Source: a virus
Lineage: Duplodnaviria > Caudoviricetes
DNA: 55,933 bases
Reading direction: 5' to 3' (one strand)
IMG/VR virus record: IMGVR_UViG_3300032331_000244
Span: 1 to 55,933 of that record
In this document: piece after piece, positions 49,830-55,933 of the stretch
Numbering within the stretch: position 1 is the first letter of the stretch
Layout of the letters: each line of letters opens with the position of its first letter
The notes under the pieces: model-generated
Seen by the model: the letters and a program-made list of their open reading frames with translations, nothing else
What the model was told of the DNA's origin: nothing
Database searches by the model: none
Translations under genes and position numbers: made by a program

Positions 49830-49997
49830 ATGGCAAAGATTGTAGAAGATGTAGTAGTCATCAAATTTAGTAAAATCGTTAAAGATTCAGACACCGACAA
49901 TGGTGGACTTGTAGGTGCAGATGTTCAAGTTGCACTAGAGCAAGTTGCACAAGAATTAGTCGGTGAAAGTATTGTAGTAGAAGTGGTACGAGCATAA
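49830..49997 (+). CDS. Small hypothetical protein (55 aa, absent from the ORF track)
   Basis: MAKIVEDVVVIKFSKIVKDSDTDNGGLVGADVQVALEQVAQELVGESIVVEVVRA*; GGAG RBS, late promoter, TAATG coupling to the next gene. Confidence 0.85.
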   Translation: MAKIVEDVVVIKFSKIVKDSDTDNGGLVGADVQVALEQVAQELVGESIVVEVVRA

Positions 49998-50356
49998 TGA
50001 GCCAATCTACTACACTTATTCTGTTCCCGCAGACAGCTTATGTTAATCCGGGTAACGCATCGCCCTACACCGTTGTAGGGAATGCTCAACCTGCTGCTGC
50101 CTATTACTTAGGAAATAGAGATTTACAGACAGTTAACCTTAGTGTGTCAAACATTATAGGTAATATCGTCATCCAAGCTACACTAGCAAATCCAGCAACA
50201 GTAGATAATCAATGGTTTGATGTTTACGAATTCAATGGAAGCGATAATCCAAACGCAAGTCAATATACAAATATCACTGGAAACTTTGTGTATATGAGAG
50301 CAAAGATTGTAGATTTCCAACAAGGTGTAGTTAACTACGTGAAGTTGAGTTATTAA
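49997..50356 (+). CDS. Hypothetical beta-rich protein, probably structural
   Basis: GNIVIQATLA...WFDV...NITGNFVYMRAKI; in a late operon. Confidence 0.75.
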   Translation: MSQSTTLILFPQTAYVNPGNASPYTVVGNAQPAAAYYLGNRDLQTVNLSVSNIIGNIVIQATLANPATVDNQWFDVYEFNGSDNPNASQYTNITGNFVYMRAKIVDFQQGVVNYVKLSY

Positions 50357-50357
50357 A

Positions 50358-50801
50358 ATGAGTACAGAACTTTTCAGAAAGTATATTGACATGCTAAACG
50401 AAAGCATGGACATAGGCCAATTAGCACAAATTAGTGATAAGGCACTAGATGATGCATATCATTATGGTCGCAGTAGTCCTGGCAATACATTTGGATGGAA
50501 AGCTAATATGAAATCAGCCGAATTTGCATTGAAAGCAATTACGGCAGGTGAAAGAGATATTGAAAAGATTAGTGACGCAATACATCAAGGATGGAATGTA
50601 ACTGCTAAAGCATTTGTAGCACACCCAGAACAATTTGATGATACAGAAAAATTAAAAGCAGCAGGTAAGTTAGAAGCAAAACTTCAGCAGCGTGAAAAGT
50701 TGATGAACATTCCATATGCTCAACTATCAGATGAAGAACAAGAAAAAGACCGTGTAGTAGCCAGAGCGTTATTACAGGCAATAACAGGCAATCAACAATG
50801 A
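50358..50801 (+). CDS. RyR-domain-like protein with internal-protein leader
   Basis: SDAIHQGW...LMNIPYAQLSDEEQEKDRVVA matches the RyR repeat (H..W...LVPY..L.E.EK.KDR). Confidence 0.65.
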   Translation: MSTELFRKYIDMLNESMDIGQLAQISDKALDDAYHYGRSSPGNTFGWKANMKSAEFALKAITAGERDIEKISDAIHQGWNVTAKAFVAHPEQFDDTEKLKAAGKLEAKLQQREKLMNIPYAQLSDEEQEKDRVVARALLQAITGNQQ

Positions 50802-51697
50802 GTACAATAGTAATAATGCCCGGAGGCTTTCACCCGTTTCATGCAGGGCATGCCTCACTATATCAATCAGCATTGAAAGCATTTCCTGGTGCTGATGTAT
50901 ATGTGGCTGCTACTGACAGCCAAGAAGAAAGACCTTTCCCTTTTGCAATTAAAGAAAAACTTGCTAAGGTAGCAGGTGTAAAGAAAGGACATTTTGTTCA
51001 AGTTAAAAGTCCTTTCAAAGCAGAAGAAATAACAAGAAATTATGACCCTAATGGTGATGTATTAATATTTGTGCGTAGTGAGAAGGATCGTAACGAAAGT
51101 CCTAAACCAGGTGGGACAAAGAAAGATGGTAGTCCTGCATATTTTCAACCATATGATAGTAAAAATTTACAACCATTTAGCAAACATGCTTACATAGCTT
51201 ATTTACCAACGGTAGAGTTTGGGCCTGGTATTACTAGTGCTAGTGAGATTCGTTCAATGTGGCCTAAACTAAACGAGAAACGCAAGACTGCAATGGTAAT
51301 GAGTTTGTATCCAGCTACACAAAGTAACCCTGCATTAGCAGCAAATGTTGTTAAGTTATTAGATGCTGGTATGGGCGTAGAAAGTGTGAATGAAAAGATG
51401 AAGATGGGTGCTACGATTGAACCCGTAGAAGAAGGAGCAAAAGGTGCAATTGCTGGTGGAATAGCAGGTGCATATCTTACTAAAAACCCAAGAGGTACTA
51501 TAGCCGGTGCTGAATTAGGTAGCACCTTGCAGAACAAGTATAATGATGTTATGGCACATGTAGCAAAAGACTTGACCGGTACCGGTTCACCCGTCGCTAA
51601 ACTAAGAGTCGCAAGAGACACCGAACAAATGAAAAAGCGTGAGCGTAGCGATGGATTACCAGTCGAACCTAAATTTGATTACCTAGACGAAAAATAA
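50798..51697 (+). CDS. HxGH (cytidylyltransferase-like) nucleotidyltransferase with C-terminal appendages
   Basis: IVIMPGGFHPFHAGH and TSASEIR; after VEE a glycine-zipper segment GAIAGGIAGA...TIAGAELG. Confidence 0.8.
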   Translation: MSTIVIMPGGFHPFHAGHASLYQSALKAFPGADVYVAATDSQEERPFPFAIKEKLAKVAGVKKGHFVQVKSPFKAEEITRNYDPNGDVLIFVRSEKDRNESPKPGGTKKDGSPAYFQPYDSKNLQPFSKHAYIAYLPTVEFGPGITSASEIRSMWPKLNEKRKTAMVMSLYPATQSNPALAANVVKLLDAGMGVESVNEKMKMGATIEPVEEGAKGAIAGGIAGAYLTKNPRGTIAGAELGSTLQNKYNDVMAHVAKDLTGTGSPVAKLRVARDTEQMKKRERSDGLPVEPKFDYLDEK

Positions 51698-51711
51698 AAA
51701 TATTTCATACC

Positions 51712-51749
51712 CCTCTTCCTGATGTAAATAATTATATCTTAACAAGAGG
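51712..51749 (+). promoter_or_regulatory. Late promoter GTAAATA within an RBS-sequestering hairpin
   Basis: CCTCTT pairs with AAGAGG (RBS); GATGTAA pairs with TTATATC around the promoter. Confidence 0.6.
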
Positions 51750-51754
51750 ACCAT

Positions 51755-52684
51755 ATGGCAACAAGAAAACCCAAAGTAACTAAAGAAGAAAAAACAGTAC
51801 CAGTAGAAATGGTACAAGAAATCGCTGCAAATGCGGCAGCAGAGCAAGCTGCAAAAACAGATGCTCCAGCAGACCAAGCACCACAAGCTGGTCAAGTACA
51901 AGTAAATGTAGATTTCTTGCGTACAACCAAAGTGCATATCGCTATGCCATGTTATGGTGGTATGTTGACTGAATCCACATTTATGAGTTTCATTAAATGG
52001 GCTAACACAGCCCGTCAATTAAACATTGACTGGACATTGGAAACAATGGTCAACGAAAGTCTTATCAGTCGTGCCCGTAACACACTAACTGCTAAGTTCT
52101 TAGACATGCCAGATGCAACACACTTATTCTTTGTTGACGCTGACATTGGCTGGGAGCCATGGCATCTATTAGTATTATTGAACCGTGATGTTGATGTTAT
52201 CGGTGGATTGTATCCAATGAAGACTATGCCAATCAAATGGGTAGTTAACGGATTTGAAGGTGCTGAAGAAGGTCCAGACGGATTACAAGAAGTATCTAAA
52301 GCAGGCACAGGTTTCTTGTTAATGAAGAAGCATGTATTTGAAAAATTAAATTCACATCCTGCTGTTAAACAATACAAGAATGATATTGGACTTGATCCAA
52401 AATATGACCAACACTTGAAAACATATTTTGACACAGCAGTGCGTCAGAATCGCTACTACAGCGAAGATTGGACATTCTGTGAAAACTGGCGTGACTTAGG
52501 TGGACGCATCTGGATGGACAAGCGTGTATTATTGCGTCACAGTGGTAGTTATGTTTTCTGTATGGAAAATCAAGAACATCTGCTTAAGACAGTTGGACCA
52601 ATGTTCTTAGAACAACAACAAAGTCTGGGAATGAAATTAGTTGACAAAGATGGCAACGAAATCAAGTCAGTAAAAGCAGCGTAA
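51755..52684 (+). CDS. GT-A fold glycosyltransferase-like protein
   Basis: IAMPCYGG, ESLISRARN, LFFVDADI (DxD), GGLYPMK, GTGFLL, SEDWTFC, LRHSG. Confidence 0.8.
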   Translation: MATRKPKVTKEEKTVPVEMVQEIAANAAAEQAAKTDAPADQAPQAGQVQVNVDFLRTTKVHIAMPCYGGMLTESTFMSFIKWANTARQLNIDWTLETMVNESLISRARNTLTAKFLDMPDATHLFFVDADIGWEPWHLLVLLNRDVDVIGGLYPMKTMPIKWVVNGFEGAEEGPDGLQEVSKAGTGFLLMKKHVFEKLNSHPAVKQYKNDIGLDPKYDQHLKTYFDTAVRQNRYYSEDWTFCENWRDLGGRIWMDKRVLLRHSGSYVFCMENQEHLLKTVGPMFLEQQQSLGMKLVDKDGNEIKSVKAA

Positions 52685-52685
52685 A

Positions 52686-52707
52686 AAAAGCCCCGAAAGG
52701 GGCTTTT
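52686..52707 (+). terminator. Intrinsic terminator
   Basis: AAAAGCCCC-GAAA-GGGGCTTTT. Confidence 0.85.
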
Positions 52708-52724
52708 CTAATGATAAATAAACA

Positions 52725-54584
52725 ATGAATCTAAAAGAACTTAATAGCTTTAAACTAAGTGATGCAGTTACATTCCACGACAAACTTAACCCTAAGTTAT
52801 GGAATGGTACTAAGTTGCGCCCAGATGTTAGAGAACAGCTTATGCTGATTGCACAAGACTTTTTAGAAGAATTAGGTGTACATGATTTAGATGTAAAAGA
52901 CATAACAATATCAGGCAGTAATGCCGCATATAGCTATACAAAGCACAGTGATTTAGATTTACATATATTAGTAGACATGGGTAATTTGCCTGTTGATGAG
53001 GTATATAAAGAGTTGTTTACTGCTAAGAAAACAATATATAACGATACACATGATATAAAGATTCATACTATTCCAGTAGAATTATATGTACAAGACAGTA
53101 GACAACCTGTAGTAAGTTTAGGTGAATATAGTGTGTTAAATGACCAATGGATAAAAATACCCACTAAGCGTAGAAGTGATTTTGACCAAACCGCTACCAA
53201 AAGCAAGTATGAAAAATTATTAGGTTTGATAGAGATAGCCCTCAAATCAAGAAAATATATCAAAGTAAAACATATAATAGACACAATCAAAAGATATAGA
53301 CAAGCAGGACTAGATAAAGGCGGTGAATTTGGTCCTGAGAATTTAGCATATAAGATGTTGCGTAGTCAGGGATATATTACAAAACTATATGATTTAAGAG
53401 ACAAGTTACATAGTGAGAAGTTATCATTTGAAACTATGTATCAGAACATTGATGAAGAATCAAATCATTGGTATGATGCTGGCCTAAAGGATGCTCAACG
53501 TGATGCTAAACTATATCCTGACAGAGTTGTTAAAAAACTTAACCCACGCACACGTTTGAAAACCATGCAAGACAAGCGGGCACGACACCCAGAAGAAGTA
53601 GAACAATACTCACTTGGTTATAGAAGTCTTAAGCAAGGTGTAGCGGAAAACAAAGCCGATGGCATCAACAAAATGTTCAACAACCTAGGTGATCCTGTGT
53701 TTGCCAATTTGCAACGTGTGGCATTGTTAGCCATGCAGGGTAGACAAAGTGAAGCCGCTGGTCGTTTGCAAACTGTGATCAAAGGTGCCGATCCAGCTGT
53801 GCAAAAGAAAATTATTGATGCTGTAAACAACATCAAACCTGTGACAATAAATGGTCGTGTGGCAGATTCTAGCACACTGGACAAAAGCAAACAGCACAAT
53901 GACTGGATCATTAACACTTTTATTCCGTGGGTACAATCTTTACTAGGGCAGCAAGGTGTGGCGGAAGAATACAACACCATGCAATTTGCAGCAGAAAAAA
54001 CTCCTGCAATAAATCCATACGGCGGGCGTAAAGATAACCAATTTCGTGGTGGCATAAGTGAAGCCGCAGATAAAAAAATCAGTTTTAAAATACAAAAAGG
54101 CAATGGTAAATTCTCTACAACTTTGACTGTTAATAATTCTCCAGCTGGTATATATCAATATGATAGTAACACAGGGCGTAGCATTGCTGAAGTTTATCCA
54201 GAATTCAAAGGCAAAGGATTAGGTAAATTATTAGTTTTACATGCTATCTACACAGCAGCACAGTTAGGATTAGATTTCCAAGAAGATGAATCAAGAACCA
54301 GTGCTTATGATAATGTATTAGATAGTTTAAGTAGCAACGGTTATATTGTAGATGACGATGGATATTGGTACGTTACGGGAGAGGGAGAACAATATCTAAA
54401 ACGATCATTGAATGAAGCCTCAGGATATATCCCAAGCGAAAAACAAAAGAATGACCCACGATTCAAGACAGCACTAACCGTAGATGTACACCCTGACAGT
54501 ATAAAAAAGAACGCAAAAGCATTCTACTGGAACACCAGTCGTGCTGGAATACCCCCAACAGCTAAAGCAAACGGCAAAATCTAA
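52725..54584 (+). CDS. Multi-module protein: Pol-beta-superfamily nucleotidyltransferase, variable modules and a GNAT-like domain
   Basis: ISGSNAAYSYTKHSDLDLH...VELYVQD (GS, DxD, E); AEVYPEFKGKGLGKLL acetyl-CoA motif A; modules separated by IDE/GVAE/GVAE/ISE/LNE; GATAAATA 4 nt upstream. Confidence 0.8.
   Translation: MNLKELNSFKLSDAVTFHDKLNPKLWNGTKLRPDVREQLMLIAQDFLEELGVHDLDVKDITISGSNAAYSYTKHSDLDLHILVDMGNLPVDEVYKELFTAKKTIYNDTHDIKIHTIPVELYVQDSRQPVVSLGEYSVLNDQWIKIPTKRRSDFDQTATKSKYEKLLGLIEIALKSRKYIKVKHIIDTIKRYRQAGLDKGGEFGPENLAYKMLRSQGYITKLYDLRDKLHSEKLSFETMYQNIDEESNHWYDAGLKDAQRDAKLYPDRVVKKLNPRTRLKTMQDKRARHPEEVEQYSLGYRSLKQGVAENKADGINKMFNNLGDPVFANLQRVALLAMQGRQSEAAGRLQTVIKGADPAVQKKIIDAVNNIKPVTINGRVADSSTLDKSKQHNDWIINTFIPWVQSLLGQQGVAEEYNTMQFAAEKTPAINPYGGRKDNQFRGGISEAADKKISFKIQKGNGKFSTTLTVNNSPAGIYQYDSNTGRSIAEVYPEFKGKGLGKLLVLHAIYTAAQLGLDFQEDESRTSAYDNVLDSLSSNGYIVDDDGYWYVTGEGEQYLKRSLNEASGYIPSEKQKNDPRFKTALTVDVHPDSIKKNAKAFYWNTSRAGIPPTAKANGKI
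53632..53648 (+). repeat. QGVAE repeat, copy 1 (AGCAAGGTGTAGCGGAA)
   Basis: 16/17 identical to copies 2 and 3; in frame. Confidence 0.85.
53950..53967 (+). repeat. QGVAE repeat, copy 2 (AGCAAGGTGTGGCGGAAG)
   Basis: 18/18 identical to copy 3; 318 bp (106 codons) after copy 1. Confidence 0.9.
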
Positions 54585-54606
54585 AGTTTCCATATTACGG
54601 TATTTT

Positions 54607-54614
54607 GATAAATA
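54607..54614 (+). promoter_or_regulatory. Late promoter GATAAATA
   Basis: GATAAATACTCTAT is identical over 14 nt to the promoter at 49797; lies in an imperfect hairpin (GTTTCC...GGAAAC). Confidence 0.75.
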
Positions 54615-54637
54615 CTCTATAACTTTGGGAAACCATC

Positions 54638-55933
54638 ATGAGATTTAAGCAAATAATAGAAACAACCACAGCAGGATCAGTCGCAACCGTAGCAAAGCCT
54701 ATGATGACTCAAACCCGTGAAAATGTCAATGTTCCAGGACTAAAACCCGTAAAACAATTAATGAAAGGGAAGCCTAACAAGAAAGGTCCTTACGCTAATA
54801 GCATTACAGAAAGCAAAGTCAAAGAACTAACAATAGATTTAAAAGAGTTAACTACTGCTGAATTTCAAAAGAAATATGGAAAAACAAAAGCTGAAATCAA
54901 AGCAAGCATGACGGCAGTTAACGAAGATGATTTAGCAGAACAAGATTTAATCGTTATTCCAGGTCAAGGCAGATTAAGAAGAACCGGATTCGTTAAGCAT
55001 GATATGGATCAAGGTGAACATGAAGGACACACATTAAAGAACAGTCTACACACTATTGCCCGTGCTGCTAGTGAATTAGATGAGAGATTATCTGTTCAAT
55101 CTGAATTCCCTGAGTGGGTATCAGAGAAGATTGGCGCAGCAAAAAATATGATGGTTACTGTAATGGATTATCTAGTCAGCAGCCAAGAGATGCAACATGA
55201 TAGTGATGCCATGAATGAAGGCTCACAAAGAGTTGATTCACTTGTTACTGACGCATTGAAAGTAATGAAGGGTCCAGAAATAAGTGATGCTGTATTAGCG
55301 TTAAAGAGAGTATTAGGCGACAGAGCATATAATGAACGCCGCGGCTTTTATAGTTTCTATGTTGACCAAATACATGATATGTATAATCAGCAAAATATTA
55401 ATGAACTTAGTTCTGGTCTCTTGGGAAGAGCCGCAGAATTGGCTAAAAACAAAAGAGATCAAGCAATGGAGCCTGAGTTACATAATGCATTAGGTGGCGG
55501 TTATATGAATCCATTAGCAACACATTATGATGATGTATCACAAAAAATAAACAATAGGGCAGGACAAGTAAGAAAAAAAGAAACAATACAAAAAATCGCT
55601 TCTAAAATTGCTTCTCCGGCGGTGATGCGTAAGATGGGTATTACTGAAGGCGAAGTAAGCACTAGCAACTTACGCACAATGTATGACTTAGCTAGAATGG
55701 CTAAAAATTACTGTAGCCCTGAAGGACAAGAAGCACTTACTGAATTGTTAAAAATTCTTAAATGGTATATGGATCAAGCAGAGCAAGGTGTGGCGGAAGG
55801 TGACATGTACGGTGATGCAGAAGTAAGTTGGGAAAAAGGCGGTCGTAGAGCGCCAACTGGCGCATTCAGAAATCCAAACTTTGGTAACGTACTTCAAAAA
55901 AGTGTAAACAAACACAATAAAGCTATAGTTAAA
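54638..55933 (+). CDS. Modular probable internal virion polyprotein (partial, runs off the window)
   Basis: Open for 432 codons from ATG 54638: MRFKQIIETTTAGSVA...FPEWVSEKI...QGVAEGD...; modules separated by ITE/VNE/MNE/INE/ITE/VAE. Confidence 0.8.
   Translation, partial: MRFKQIIETTTAGSVATVAKPMMTQTRENVNVPGLKPVKQLMKGKPNKKGPYANSITESKVKELTIDLKELTTAEFQKKYGKTKAEIKASMTAVNEDDLAEQDLIVIPGQGRLRRTGFVKHDMDQGEHEGHTLKNSLHTIARAASELDERLSVQSEFPEWVSEKIGAAKNMMVTVMDYLVSSQEMQHDSDAMNEGSQRVDSLVTDALKVMKGPEISDAVLALKRVLGDRAYNERRGFYSFYVDQIHDMYNQQNINELSSGLLGRAAELAKNKRDQAMEPELHNALGGGYMNPLATHYDDVSQKINNRAGQVRKKETIQKIASKIASPAVMRKMGITEGEVSTSNLRTMYDLARMAKNYCSPEGQEALTELLKILKWYMDQAEQGVAEGDMYGDAEVSWEKGGRRAPTGAFRNPNFGNVLQKSVNKHNKAIVK
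55782..55799 (+). repeat. QGVAE repeat, copy 3 (AGCAAGGTGTGGCGGAAG)
   Basis: Identical to copy 2, in frame, in a different gene. Confidence 0.9.

Noticed and set aside
53632-55799. QGVAE repeats as a mini-CRISPR
   Set aside because: Only 17-18 nt, spaced by 318 and about 1830 bp, and always in frame inside genes
1-55933. Stop-codon reassignment (none of the called genes ends in TAG)
   Set aside because: Genes are intact and densely packed in code 11 with no TAG-broken ORFs; TAA preference is expected in an AT-rich genome

Overview
About 56 kb of an AT-rich, large (probably jumbo) myovirus genome distantly related to T4, in the standard genetic code. It holds a neck/tail morphogenesis region (gp13/14/15-like neck proteins, a 1199-aa tail sheath, tail tube, gp4-like head completion nuclease, probable small terminase) and two giant repetitive fibre/adhesin genes (3176 and 2841 aa) flanking a GH19 lysin and an Ig-like protein. 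It also holds nucleotide-metabolism genes (NUDIX, MazG, dNMP kinase, PhoH), a stand-alone fragment of a family-C DNA polymerase, a clamp loader, a chaperone set (GroES, DnaJ, ClpA), a holin, and a block of probable capsid-packaged, protease-processed proteins (RyR-like, HxGH nucleotidyltransferase, Pol-beta nucleotidyltransferase + GNAT polyprotein). Four observations stand out. (1) A GC-rich 17-18 nt repeat, AGCAAGGTGT(G/A)GCGGAA, always reads in frame as QGVAE and bounds swappable-looking modules in the putative virion polyproteins; it could act as both a recombination site and a protease site. (2) Late (TAAATA) and sigma70 promoters sit right at start codons, implying many leaderless mRNAs. 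(3) Several hairpins hide an RBS and contain a late promoter. (4) The DnaE fragment ends just before its catalytic DxD. All family assignments are from motif recognition by eye; no searches were run. No tRNA, rRNA or CRISPR array was seen.
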